DNA of 64,000 bases from Octopus sinensis (taxonomy: Eukaryota): NCBI RefSeq assembly GCF_006345805.1, contig NC_043005.1, positions 93,620,001 to 93,684,000 on the forward strand, given 5' to 3'. The notes beneath the pieces were generated by a model. It was not told the DNA's origin and made no database searches. It worked only from the letters and a program-made list of their open reading frames with translations. Shown here piece by piece: positions 22,401 to 37,400 of this stretch. Position 1 is the first letter of the stretch. Every line of letters starts with the position of its first letter. The position numbers were made by a program, and so were the translations under genes.

Positions 22401-25400
22401 GTTGCCAGCCTCGTCTGGCACCTGTGCCGGTGGCATGTAAAAAGCACCCACTACACTCACGGAGTGGTTGGCGCTAGGAAGGGCATCCAGCTGTAGAAAC
22501 ACTGCCAGATCAGACTGGAGCCTGGTGCAGCCTTCTGGCTTCCCAGATCCCCAGTCGAACCGTCCAACCCATGCTAGCATTTAGAACGGACGTTAAACGA
22601 TGATGATGCACAGTGCAAAGTCGTAATTGTCTTACTAGACATATGGCATTTGCAACATTGTTATTTGACAATAGAGACAATATTCCAAACTATATCCTAT
22701 CCAACTTACTTTGGATTAGCTCCACTACAACTTGCTACCATTTGTATAACATGACTCAATAACTTGAGTCTATTCCAAACTATATCCTATCCAACTTACT
22801 TTGGATTAGCTCCACTACAACTTGCTACCATTTGTATAACATGACTCAATAACTTGAGTCGTCTGGATTTTCTTTCCCTCGTTGAATTCCTATTACCCTT
22901 GTAGCAAGTGATAATGGTACTGCTATTATTGGTCATTAGGGATAAAGCTTTCTTATACAATCTGATTAACTAATCAAATTACATAATCTTATGCTTCCAA
23001 CAGTTTCCTCCAATAAATCAGTAAATTTCCTTTTTCCTCAGTCATTTTATAAACTCTGCCTGCACAAAGAATGCGTAAAGCTTTTCCTATCTTATTTGCT
23101 TCCCATCAAAGATGGACTTTAAATAATGATGATGATTTATATTCAATAACTTATTGGCATAATGTTATTCACATCTAAGCTTCCTGTCTTGTAAGATACT
23201 AAGAAACAAGTGAAACTGCATAATTTTGAACACACTTTTTTCCAGTTGACATAAAAATATCTGCCAACTAACAACTTCATCTTAACACTAATCTTGTTTC
23301 AGAGCAGTCAACAGGACGACCTTAACCTGACAAATACCAGTCAAAGATATATACAGCAGCATAATAAAAAAAACCCTTACCTGTCCATTAAAGCATCTTC
23401 AAGTAATGAAGTGACTGCATATATGTAATCTTTTGCCATTTCACCAATGTACTGGAACATGAAGGATAATGACTTAAGCACACCAATTTGGACATTCAGC
23501 TCAGGAACTCTGTATTCATTCATCAGTGCAGGGAGGACAGTGAAAGGGGAGCAGGTTTCAGCTACAATGGCAATAGCTACAGTGGTACACACACGATTCT
23601 GTCGTTCTTGGACTTTCAGGTTGTTTAAAAGTGTTGCTAAGACATCATGAGGGCTATAAGAAAAATATACAACAAAGTAAATTTGTTATCACCACTAATG
23701 ATTTAATTACTCCTGTAATATAAGAACAAAAATTAGAAGCAGGAATTAATATGAATTATAAATTTTAAATGCAGTTGATGGCCAGAATCTGTTATTAAGT
23801 TTTCAAATGGTTTTTATTTTCTAATCGGACCATTTGGAAAAGACAAAGATTTGAAGCATATATGACATCATTAAGATCTAATGTTTCCAGAACAGCATGT
23901 ATTAGAAGAAAAAACTGATCTTATTTTTCATTTTTTATTGATATTAGTATGAAATTCTAAGTAAATTAATATTTTCCTAATCTAGTTAAAACAATGTCCA
24001 TAACCTGTGAAGAGCTTTTTGGTAAATATCTCTTCTGCAGCAACTGAAAAAGTTGACTTTAACAACCTATTTTTTAGAGATGCTGAAAAGGTGGTTATAT
24101 ATAATCCAAAAAAATGAAGGTTTTATTCTTATGAAAGTAATGACGTTTTTTGTTTATTTATGATTGAGAAAACAAAAACAAACATAAAAATCTTGCTCAA
24201 GAACACGATTTAATATTTAAAGTGGAAAACTGAAGTAGTACAAAATGTTCCTTGGAAAACCTTCTGTGAAAGTTCATGTTGATAATCATTTTTTAACCAT
24301 TTGATAATCACAATAAAACAATTGTTTCCTATTTTAGAGATTTAACAATGACATTGGAAAACAAATGACTAAAGAAGTTAAAAGCATAAACAATGGGGAG
24401 TTTTTTTTTAAAAACTGTATTTTACTTTCACTTTCAAAGTTAAACCATTTAATCTCAGTTATTTCTCAAAAGTACTGAGGTGTGACCTACCCAATAGCCT
24501 TTGCAATATACCCAAATGTATTCACTGTGGCTCGGCGAATTGCCTTTTTGTGAGCTTTTAACAGTTCAAGGAGTTCAAAACAGATCCTCATCCATTCTCT
24601 TGCCGATACAAATTCTGCTCCACGATCAGCAATTCGTCCAACTAAATCTATGCAGTTTTCTTGTACTTTCTCTTGTCTGGCAAAGAAAAAACAATAAAAA
24701 TGAGTGAGCTTAAAGCTAACTATTACTAAATAAACTGTTCACAATAAGCAAATAAGTTTACTAAGCATTTCTTGTTGGTGCAACAACCAATTACAAATTT
24801 AATAAGTACCCGTCTATAACAAGTGTCTCCTTTGTGTAAGCAGACCTGCTCCTCACATAAAGGAAATACTTGTTATAAACTCATGGCAATAAAACTTCAC
24901 ACACCTGAAGATTACCTTAATGATCATCATCTATGGTTGCCACAAAGACTAATTTAATGGACTTTTTATATACAATGCCCTTTAAATGGATAAGAATAAG
25001 CAAGGGCTCCCAGCATAGCCAAGACACATTAGTGGATTCACTGATGGAAAAGTCACATTCTGCCATTTAGAGATGTTGTGAACACTGCAAGCGGCAGTTG
25101 ACTGAAGAATCTTAGAGTCTCACTTTCCAGAGCTGAGCAACATATGTATTAGTATAATCTAGATATTGCTATTAACACAAACATGGTCAGAATTTGTGTT
25201 TTTTGTGCTCATATATCACAGCAGGTGAAAAAGTAGTATTCTCTGCATGTTAGTGGGTCAGTGGGAGAACAAGTGAAATGGCTTCTGCAGAAAATACAGC
25301 ATTAACTAGATTCTTCAAATCATAATATTAAAAGTGCAAAGTATCTTACCTGTTCTTTAGAATTGGTGTTAGTCTAGGGAGGAGATCTTTGATAGGAGGT

Positions 25401-28400
25401 GTCATCTTGGTCATTCCTATAACATTGACAATACCTTTCAGTGCCCCCAGGATGCTTCCTAACACTTCAGGGTATTCTTCTCCCAAGTACTCATATAATA
25501 CAACACCCAAGTGGCCCATCAATTTCTCCTACAAATCAAAATACAAGGAAGAATTCTTTCAAAATCTGTCACAAAAACCTAAAATATATTAGAATTCAAA
25601 ACAATGCTGAAGACGAATATGTGATTAGCAATACAGTTTATCAACATTCCCGGAATAACACTGGTATGTAAAAGGACGAGAATTTGAATGGCGACAACAT
25701 GCTTTGAGAAACGTCTATCATACCAGTTGTCTCCCCTTAACAACAAATCTCGTGCATCTATCAAGAACGCTTTGATATTGTAACAGCAATTCATTTCAGA
25801 GATAGGTTCCCTTCTGACATACGAAAAAAATTTACTGTTCAAGTAAGAAAGAGCTTATAGGTTGTTTTCTCAAAAAATATGCATACAATTATATATACGC
25901 CTTTTTTAAAATAATTATTGCACATAAAATTTTTACTTACAGCTGCTGCTTCCTAAGCAAAAAAAATTCTGGCACATTTACAAAATTGTTAAGGTAAAAG
26001 TTAAATAAATTGCATCTACCTCTTGACAAGTTTTCATAACAACTGCAATTCTTGATATCAAATCTGCTGCTTGCTGTCTGACCTTGGCAGATTTATTGTT
26101 AAGACGCCATAATATAGTACCACAAATCTGGGGCAAATATGGTTTTACTCTTTTCCCAAGGGCATTCACAACAGTTCCAAAGCCATTCAACATGACAACA
26201 TCCTAATGAGAGAAATTGTAGAAAATTGCACATTAATAAGCAAAAGATCCATTTATAAGCAGAAACTTTACAATCATCAGAAATAAAAAGAAGTGAATAA
26301 GAGACAACAGTATAAAAATTTATATAGAAAAAAATATACTTCACAACTTTTTTCTTCTTCAATCACTGAATTCATAAAATTTGATGTGCTAAGATTTTGT
26401 CAAAGGGAATTTTTTCACTTTTGTCTCAATCAAAATCAACTTTATTTCTCCATTTTAATTAAGAAAGTTTAACACATGTTTTATAGTTTTTATATACTGT
26501 AATAAAGAAATGGGTCTACTAGATCGTTAAAATATGCATTGACAGGTCCACAGCTCTAGTACTACAGATATGGTTAGAAAGTGACAGAAAAGAATCTCAA
26601 GACAGATTCTTCAAGTTGAGCCAACCATCAGGGAACCTAGGAATCAACCATGAGCAAGATGTTTGGATAACAACTGTAGTGTCAAATGGTCGTATTTGGG
26701 AATCCAGCTGGAGAGCTTGTTGATAGTTGTTTCTGATAGGACTCTACCTCTATGACTATTCCATGGACAGGGGGCAGCAAAAATAAGGATGATTAAAAAG
26801 ATTATTTAGAGGTAAAGAGAACATCCTGCTAAGAATGGCAGACATTATTTCTTGATAATGGTCGTTTAAGAATTAAGAACCCTTGTGAAACGTATTTTCC
26901 TTACAAGAAAATTAAATTTCCTTGATGTAAAAACGTCTTTTGCTTGTAATTCCAAGTATTAACTGAATTATTATTTAAACGTTAAAAGAATTTTATTTTA
27001 CCTGTTACAACAGAAATAAAGATTGCAAGAGGAGCAAAAAAAAAAAAAAAAAGACATTTACCTCTGTTGTCTGTTCCTGGAAGGCATATAATATACCATC
27101 AATAAGTTGTTCTTCTAATCTTGAATCTATATCAGCAGCACCGAGGTTACCCATAACCTTCTCTATTGTCTCCATAACCATCTTTCTGTATTGTTCAGCT
27201 TCATCTTTCAGATCATCCACAATACGTACTATAATTTCGGCAGCTCCAACTTTGTTAGCAATTTCCACTGTTGTGTCGACCAACTAATAAAACAGTCAAT
27301 AAAACATTAGTTATGCTCTGTGGCATTGAGGTGCTCTGGGGTGAATACATGCAACAACCATGTAGCAAGGAGTTCGTAAAAAACCCTACTTCCAAAAAGA
27401 GCTGCTTTACTTAAATCACATAAAAAAAAACACACGTGAATCAATGCAGAAACTAGGGACAGACAAGTGGTTGGTGAGAGCTGTACAGTAAGGTGAGGGT
27501 TGGCAACAAGTACAGCAAAGAAGTCAGGATACAAATAGGGGTTCACCAAGGATCAGTCCTCAGCTCCCTCTTGTTCATCATAGTCCCTCAGGCCATAACA
27601 GAAGAATTTAAGACAGGCTGCCCCTGGGAGTTCCTCGGTGCTAAGAACAAGAGAAGTTTCAGCAAGGTCTAGAATCAAAGGGCTTTAGAGTTAACCGAGC
27701 AAAAACCAAAGTCTTAGTAAGTACGAAGGCAGACAAATCACAAATCCCTTCAGATAAATGGCCCTGCTCAACCTGTAGAAAAGGCGTAGGTAGAAACTCC
27801 ATAGGATGTATCCGGTGTAAGATATGGACACATAAGAGGTGCAGCAATATCAGAGGAAGGTTAACAGGGAAAATAGCTTTCATGTGTGGAACATGCACAA
27901 GTACAATGAACACTGAAAATGTACAGAAAATAGACTCCATCAACTGCCAGTGGAGTAAGCTAGGAGTAGTAGATAGCTTCTGTTATCTAGGTGACCAAGT
28001 TAGTAATGGAGGGAGATGCTCCAAGAGTGTAGCTGTTAGAATAAGAATAAAATGGGCAAAGTTCAGAGAGATTCTACCCCTGCTGGCAACAAAGGGCCTC
28101 TCCCTCAGAGTGAAAGGCAGACTGTATGATGCCTGTGTAGAAACAGCCATGCTACACTGCAGTGAAACATGGGCTGTGACAGCCGAGGACATGCATAGGC
28201 TTGAAAGAAATGAAGCCAGTGTGTTGGATGTGCAATGTCAGTGTGCATGTACGACAGAGTGTAAGCATCTTGAGAGAAAAGTTAGGCATAAGAGGCATCA
28301 GATATGGTGTGCAAGAGAGACGACTGCACTGGTATGGTAATGTGATGTGTATGGACGACAACAGCTGTGTAAAGAAGTGCCAATCTCTGTGGAGGCAACC

Positions 28401-31400
28401 TGTGGTAGAGGTAGACCCAGGAAGACATGGGAAGGGCTTCACAGAGACAATGACTAGTGACCAAGACCTTTGATACATGCTGTGCTTGAGAAGACCTGTC
28501 AAGCCAAGTGAAATCATAGACATGGCCAATGCTGGTGTCACGTAACTAGCATCTGCTGTGCCAGTGGCATATAAAAAGCACCTTTCAAGCATTGGGCCTC
28601 ATGGAGGTAAGTGAAAAGCACCATTTGAGTATTGGGCCTCATGGATGAATAACCAAGACTTTTGGCATTATGCCGTGCTTGAGAAGACCCATCAAACCAA
28701 GTAAGATCACATTTGTGGCAGACCCACCAAGCCAAGTAGAATTGTAGCTGTGCCGATGGCATGTAAAAGCACCTATTACACTCTTGGAGTGGTTGGTGTT
28801 AGGAAGGACATCCAGCTGTAGAAACTATGCCAAATCAGACTGGAGTTTGGTGCAGCCTTCCAGCTTACCAGCCCTGGTCAAACCATCCAATCCATGCCAG
28901 CATGGACAACAGACATTAAATGATGTTAAAATTTTCTTTCAAAATTTTATCATCATTTTAAAACAGGGAATTTATATCATAAAACCAGAGGCTGTTTCCA
29001 GATGATCGGTATCAAAAGGATTAAGAGATACATAAAAACCAGTCTCTCCTCATCACACAAAATGATGAATTACAAACATATAAATACTTTACAAATGACT
29101 GCTCAGTAACTTAGTATTTTATCAGGTTATCAATAAATTTTACTTTTATTACATCAAACAATGAGTGAAAGAGAGAGAAAACCTGCAGTGGTATGCATGA
29201 CAAACAAAATTAGAACATCATGAAGAAGCCTACCTGGCGATAATTCCTTCGGTCTAAAGCCATTCTCTGGTTCCAGAAGTGCTTAAAAAATGGTGGCAAA
29301 ATTTCCTCTTTGATGTATTGGGGTTCCACACCATCCGTAGCACAACACTGCTTCACTACCTAGCAATTTCAATAATAATTCAAATATTATTAAATAAAGC
29401 AAAAATTAACAACAAAGATACTAACAGTTATATGACATTTCTTTATTACTGACATAGAGTCAAGAAACTTACAAACTGAGAAACAAAAATTTGAATTCAT
29501 AGTTAAGATATTTCTTTCTACCATAAGCACAAGGCTTTAAATTTTGTGAGGAGGGGCTAGTTGAGTACATTGACTCCAGTGATCAACTGGTACTTACTTT
29601 ATGAACCCCAAAACAATGAAGTGCAAAGTTGACCTCAGTGAGAGTTGAACCCAGAACTATGTTTACCAACCTTTAACACAATCTTTTTCATTTCTTCATC
29701 TGGAGACTGAAATTCTCGAATGAGGATTAACATCACTTCTCTGGTGTAGTAGTTGGCGTATTCAGCATCCATCAATGGAATAAGATAACCAATGGCTTTC
29801 AAAAAGGCAGCTAGACCCTGTCAATCACACAACCAGCAGAGAATTGGCTTAGAAAATAACATCAAGTTAACAAAAAAAACAAAACAAGATAATCATTATC
29901 ATCAACAGTTCACAGCTGTTTTCCATGCTGGCATGGACTGGACAGTTTGACAGGAATATGTCAGAGAATTGCATTGGGTTCCAATGTCTGTTTTGCCTGG
30001 AGGCTCTACCTAATGACAAAAATATACAAGATAATTTGTCAACAAAACAATTCCTTCGGAAACATTTTTTCATGCTAAGAGTTGCTGAAGTATGGAACAA
30101 ACTGCTGGCATCAGTTGTTAGTTGCCGGAGCACTGCATCCTTCAAAATTTCCATGCTTTCTGAGATTCGCCAACACTACACCTGATTTTCTCCCCTCCAT
30201 ACACATGCAAGCATCTATCTGACTCATACACTGTTCACTTCCCAGACATTTGTACATTACTACATATTCCTTATATGCACTTTTGAAAAGTTATGGTGCA
30301 CCTGAGCACTGTATACAATAATTTCATTATTATTATATTATTAATAAATATCTTTAGCAATCATCTCGCTTAAATATGACGCCTTATACAGCTGTTTGGC
30401 TCAAGGATGCCAAACATTTCACATGTCATCGTCATCATCATCGTTTAGCGTCCGCTTTCCACGCTGGCATGGGTTGGACAGTTCAACTGGGGTCTGGGAA
30501 GCCAGAAGGCTGCACCAGGCCCAGTCTGATCTGGTAATGTTTCTACGGCTGGATGCCCTTCCTAATCCCAACCACTCCATGTGTAGTGGGTGCTTTTTAC
30601 GTGCCACCGGCACAGGTGCCAGACGAGGCTAGCAAACGGCCACAATCGGATGGTGCTTTTTACGTGCCACCGGCACGGAGGCCAGTTGGGGCGGCGCTGG
30701 CAACAGCCACGTTCGGATGGTTCTCTTATCTGCCACCGGCACTGGTATCACAGCTGCAATTTCCATTGATGTTGATCGATTTTGATTTTCATTTGCCTCA
30801 ACAGATCTTCACAAGTAGAGTTTTGTGTCCCAAGAAGGAAAGGTATGCATAAGTGGACTGAGGCCACGGATTATGGTCTCACTTGTCCTGCCAGGTCTTC
30901 TCACGCACCGCATACTTCCAAAGGTCTCGGTCTCTAGTCATTTCCTCGGTGAGACCTAAAGTTTGAAGGTTGTGCTTCACCACCTTGTCCCAGGTTTTCC
31001 TGGGTCTACCTCTTCCACAGGTTCCCTCAACCGCTAGGGTGTGGCACTTTTTCACACAACTATCTTCATCCATTCTCGCCACATGACCATACCAGCGCAA
31101 ACGTCTCTCTTGCACACCACAACTGATGCTTCTTAGGTCCAACTTTTCTCTCAAGGTACTTACACTCTGTCGAGTATGAACACTGACATTACACATCCAT
31201 CAGAGCATACTGGCTTCATATCTTGCGAGCTTACGCATATCCTCAGCAGTCACGGCCCATGTTTCACTGCCATGTAGCATGGCTGTTCGTACACATGTGT
31301 CATACAGTCTGCCTTTTATCACCAGCAGAGGTAAGAGCTCTCTGAACTTTGCCCATGCTATTCTTACTCGGCAGTTACACTTTCAACACACCTGCCCCCG

Positions 31401-34400
31401 CTACTGACTTGGTCACCTAGGTAACGGAAGCTATCAACTATTTCTAGTTTTTCTCCCTGGAATGTGGCGGAAGTTGGTCTCTGCGCATTTTCAGTGTTTA
31501 TTGCTCCTGAGCATCTGCACATACAAAAACTATCTTCCTAGTTAGCCTTCCCTTGATGTTGCTGCACCTCTTATGTCAGTGGTTACAAATTCATAACTGC
31601 CAAGCCATCATCAGTATCTCTAAAACTAATGGTTCCTAATTTAGGCACAAAGCCAGCTTGTGATGCGAGTATGTTAGTTGACAGCATCAACACCAGTGCT
31701 TGACTATATCAACACCAAAAGGAAGAAAGGTAAAACTGACCTCAGAAGAATTTGAACTCTGAATACAAAGAGTCAGAACAAACAAGGCTTTTTTCTCTAC
31801 ACCAGCCTTATCTTTCCAGCTTTCGACCTCTTTCCAATATATAACAATTTTATCACAACTGGAAGAATGAAGATAAAGTCAAATTTCCCAGCCGTCAAGT
31901 TGCTAAATTCGTTTTTATTAGTAATGCATTAATAATCCAAAACAAGCCACAATAGGTGAGAGACAGGTTTCAGTTTTATTAAGTAACTGAATTTAGGATT
32001 AACATTTACAAAATAAATATTTCACTAAGAACATGAGTTGAAAAAAATTTGAAGACATAGTAGACGTAAGTCTCCATAAGCCAGAAGCCATGAGGATTAG
32101 CTTTGAAATACTTTTAGTTTTAGACAAAATTAATGCTTAATTAACAATATCAATGACAACTGATTGTTTCCAAATTCATATTCTATTATAACTATTATTT
32201 GTATGAATATGAGAAATACTTTCTTATAATACACTGTGTACTCCATATATACACACTGCACTTCAAATATATATTGTTCCATAAAGAACGTTTTAGTTTA
32301 TATGATGCTTGTGTAAAATAACCTTCAAAAATGAGGTTTGTCAGAAATTAAAAAGAGGAATCTGTAATAATGGCATTTAATAGATTTACATATTCATCTC
32401 ATTTACTCGAGACACCCAAACTTATTTTTGTATTTTCCCAGATTGAATTAAAGACTGAATAAATGGACCGAGAAAGCACAAATACTTTAGGATGCACATG
32501 AAAGTTAAATTTGCTCTTAAAGATACTTTTATAGAAACAAACAGGATAAAGACACTGACTGAAATGATTTGTAAATTGTATGAAAGCAGAAAAATCTAAG
32601 ATTGATGGTACTTTCACCTACCTTTCCTCTGTGTTGTCTGATACCCTTCCATAAGGGTTTGAGCACACTATCAAAGGACTCAATACCATAAGGTGTAGCA
32701 GCTTCAGCTAAAGCTGCCAACGCTAAAGCTGTGATGGTTCGCACTTTCTGCTGCTCATCAATCAGACCTATCAGAAAGAACCAAAGTAAACATCAAATCC
32801 AATAATCTCATCTAAAAACACAAGCTCATTATCTTAGCAGCAGATTGGAAAGTTACAAAGTTTTCATACCACAGCAGACATATTTTTTTAATAAAATTAA
32901 ATACAAAACAGAAAAATATAAAAGAACAAATAACAGTTCAAGAATGGCTATTTCATTTACTAAGAAAAGCTTGGTGTACCAAATGATCCACAAAGCTACA
33001 GTTTTTTGATGGATTCAAGTGCAAATATATCAATGGTGACACAGCAAAGAATAATAAAATTAATAATAATCCTCCCTACTATAGGCACAAAGTTTGATCA
33101 ACCCCCTAGTGTTTATCAGGTACTTATTTCATTGACCCCCAAAAGGATACAAGGCCTTGAACAGCATTTGAATTCAGAGTGAATAATATATATATACATA
33201 TATATATATATATACATATAAAGCTGAAGTTGTCTGTGTATGGCAGGTTTGGTAGCCTTCAACTAACACTATCTCCTCCGAGACCCTGTGGTGCAAGTTG
33301 ACCAAAATTGAGAGTATGATAGAAGAAGGCTTGCACTTCCTTCCGTAGAAGAAAAAATTCAAATCGGACCATGTTAACACCAAAAATTATTTACATCAAA
33401 AAGGTGCTTTTTTTTCTATGAAAATCCCTATTTTTTTAATGATTTTTTGACTGCTGTGTCGCCATTTTTCGGTGTATTTCAACCAGAAAAATGTTCAGTT
33501 AAAGAGAATAACATAATGCAAAATTTTTACTTTTCAAAAATTCCAATTGTAAAGGGTCGAAACAAACCCGAGCAACGCCAGGCGATACTATATTATATTA
33601 TAATATTATATATATGCACACATACACACATATTAAATAACAGAAGTTAACTCACCATGTTCAATAATTTCCACTAAACTTTTCAAATGAGGAAGAATAG
33701 CACAGCCCATAAGAATAGCAATTTGTTGGACGATTTTGATCCCAGTATGTCTTGCCTGCCAAGATTTTTTGCTTTTACAAACAGCCTTTAGGAAAGGCAG
33801 AAGGGAAGGGATCCCAAGAGCAGATGCGACAACTGCAAATGCTCTGGCTGTGGTGTTACGTACATACTCGTCCATATTGTCAATATCTGGTCTCATTGTA
33901 GAAATCATGGTGGCCAGACCTGCCGCCTGAAAATAAGAATTAAGTGAATGAGTCATAGAAAACCTTAAAACAAATAAAACTGCAGAGAAATATTTGAGAT
34001 TATACAACAGCTTCAAAACAAAGCAGGATTTAATAATACTCACTTTTGCCAAATTAGATATAATTTCTCTGCCTTCAACTCTGGCATAGTAGTCTTCATC
34101 AATCAATAACGGTTCAATAACAACAAGAATTTTGTGCACATAAGGTCGCACCAAATCATCCAGTTTGTAGAGGATACGATCAATAACTTTCACGAGTAAA
34201 TGTCGTTCTTGATCTTCAAGTGTGGGTGACATTAGCAAAGGTAGGATTTGGTTGAACAATGGACCAGCACCAAAATCTCGAGCTTTATCAGTGATTTGTC
34301 TAAGAGCAGCCTTAAAAAAAAAAGTGAAAATTCATAGATAAACACATTAAAAAAAATACACACAGATAATTCATTTTATTAATTACTTTTAAAAATTATA

Positions 34401-37400
34401 TCACTTTTACATGTGACCTAATGATAGATTCATAATTTATTTTGACACAAATCACCAAAATGTTGTCAGGGAAATTTTTGGAACACTCTTACAGCCACTC
34501 TTTACATGATGCCATAGGGTTGAACGAAATACAGTTTGAGACAAAATAGTTTTGCACATCTGCTAATGATTTATTATAGCAAATATGTTAACAGCTGAAC
34601 AATACGAATTACTTTTGTTACCATAATTCTGTAGAAATATGCTACCTTTGAAAATACTAGAAAATTTCATGAAACAATTCATCATTATTAAATTGGTGGA
34701 GGCATAACATGAAATTTTGATAGAAGATCCACTTTAAACAAATTTATATCATAGAATTAGGGGTGTCTTTGGCAGGTCAGTATCAAAAGGGTTAATATGA
34801 CAAACGTATAGTATTATGGGTTTCATAGCCAGTAATCAGAGTAACCCTTGCCTTAAAGTTACAGTTTCAACTGATGTTTGCAAGACTGCAAAGCATACTG
34901 CAAACACACAACCATTTATAAAAGAAAGTAAAACTGGTCCGTAAAAGAAATTCTCCTGAATATAATTGTTCTACCTCACTGCAAAATACCATCCATGATT
35001 TCTGAAAATATTTTTTTCTACATTAAATTCTAAATATAAATATTTTAAGACTTGAATAAAAAAATTATCGATGATGGGACAAAAACAAAGTTTCCTCAAA
35101 CGGCAGTTTAAATTTTTCAAAAGGTGAGTACTATAGTAATAACAAATATTTCTCCAAAGATTCCTAGCCTAAATAAGAAATGACAGAAAACATGTTGTTT
35201 TACCTTTCTCATAGGAGGTGTACCATTCTTAATTTTCAATAACAATTTCATAATTTTTCTTTCTTTCTGTTCTTTAGGAGTGAGTGTTTCTTCGTCCACA
35301 TCAACCTGACAGAGAAAGGATTGAACAGAGAGATGACAACATAGGTAACTAAAACAATTAGCAAAAGCATGGTGCAGGCAACAAACTTTTCTATGAAACA
35401 TTAAAGGGAAAATGTAATTCAACAAAATTCGTTTTAAGTAGAATAATTTAACTGACAAAAGAAGAGTAAACTCAATATTTTGTTTTACTATCAAATGCAA
35501 ATATATAATTCAACATTTAACATCTGGTTGAAAATTTTCAAAGTCAAAAGTTCAGTAATGATTGAGCAGAAAATACAAATGGATATTGTGTCAATTCATG
35601 TCACACAAGACACTAAGATTTAACCTTAGGATATTAAAGAACTGATCTATATCTTCAGTTATTTATTCTTTGCATTACTAAACCTAATGAGAACTAATAA
35701 CAAATCCAGTAGATTAATAAAAACAAAAGCCTTCTTACCAAGAGTTTGTCAAAATACTGCATGTCATCTGGTTTCATCATTGGTAAATTACCTTTAGGTT
35801 GCATGTCAACAATTGAAACCTTGCTGTCTGGTGTTTGCATTCGGAATCCCATTGGGGTTCCTGCCATTGGTGTGGGAGTGGCAGTTAGTTTACGAGCTGG
35901 AGTTCGAATTGGTACATAGCCAGCAGGTGGTTGGAGGATCTGAAAAATATTAAAAAATTAAATTAAAAAAAAAAACCATACAAGCATCAAATGTATTTAC
36001 CATAGGTTTAAACGAGTGTAATAGTATTTATGCTAAAATAGAATCTTATATATTGAACAATTAAGGAATAGAGAAAATATCAGTGAGTGAATGAACATGG
36101 AGAACTGTGATTAGAGTGCAAGGTTTATATATGCACATAGAGTGATGTCTCAAGTGACTCAACTAAATTGATTATATACCTACAAAGAGCAATGAGAATT
36201 ACTTACAAGCAACAGAGTAAGTTATCAAAACTCCATTCTGACCCACTACTGCTAGTGTCAATGAACATAAAAGCCAGATGCTAGAGTCATTTGTTGGTAG
36301 GATAGTAGGTCGCCAGCAAACACAAATTTCGTGAATTTTACTCGGGCTCTAACTTAAGAGTTTCATCATTAACTTACACTTCAACATTGCGTTATCATAA
36401 TTCTAAAATCCAAATAGTTATGAAATAACCTCAAAGAGAAAAGAAAATGTGAGGATGGAATAACGAAGTTTGTGGAAGACTACACTTATCACTTTTGCTA
36501 CCTTATTTCTCTTGAAATACACTGCTTTTGCTTCAGTTTTTAAAACGAAAAATTTAATAAAAAAAACTTTGCTGCTATTAAGCTCAAGTTTGAAACATGA
36601 ATTAACAAGAAATTTTCATGCAAAGTTTTAATTTAGATGACTTTAACCCTTTAGAATTCAAACTGGCCAGACCTGGCCTCCCACACCTATCCTTACAATG
36701 TCGTTCTAGAAATAAGCAATCTCGAAGCTACGAGATAATGTGAGATGAACTGAAAACAATGAGAATAAATGGACATTACATTTGACAGAGTAATCTGAAT
36801 GCTTAATGGTTAAACAAAGGATTTTATCAAAGAACAAGGGGTGGTCTTAGTCAGTTTGGTATCAAAAGGATTAAATGAAAAATAAAGGATGTTTCAAAAA
36901 CAATCTAACTCATTATGCAACTGAAAATAATTTATGAAAATCATTTAGAAACAAAAGTAGGAGCAATGAAATAACCTTATAGCCTGTAGGAAACATGGAA
37001 TCAAGTTCTTCATCTGACAGAGGTCTGTTCCTCTCATCCAACTCTCTCTGCCAAGTATAAGCCTGTAGTTGTTCAGGTGTCATAGACATGAGATGGCCAG
37101 GTGTAGGTGTAGCCATGGCCATGGCTTTCTGGCCTGTAGGTGTGGTACCACCCGGAGTCATGCCTCCAGGGGTCATATTTCCAGGTGTCATCCCACTCGG
37201 AGTCATTCCACTTGGTGTCATATTTGTAGGTGTCATGCCACCTGGTGTGGTACCACCTGGAGTCATATTTGGTGTCATACTACCTGGAGTCATTCCTCCA
37301 GGAGTTGCAGCTGCTGGAGTTTCATCCCATCTCGATCGACGTTTGCTAGCTCCAGGTGTAGGTGTATCTTGAATAAGATCCCCACCTCGGTCAGTCCTTG

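Noticed and set aside
23407-24675. A-to-I editing as a rescue of the divergent SF3B1 residues
   Set aside because: The required changes are T>A, C>G, T>C and A>T/C, none of which is A>G.
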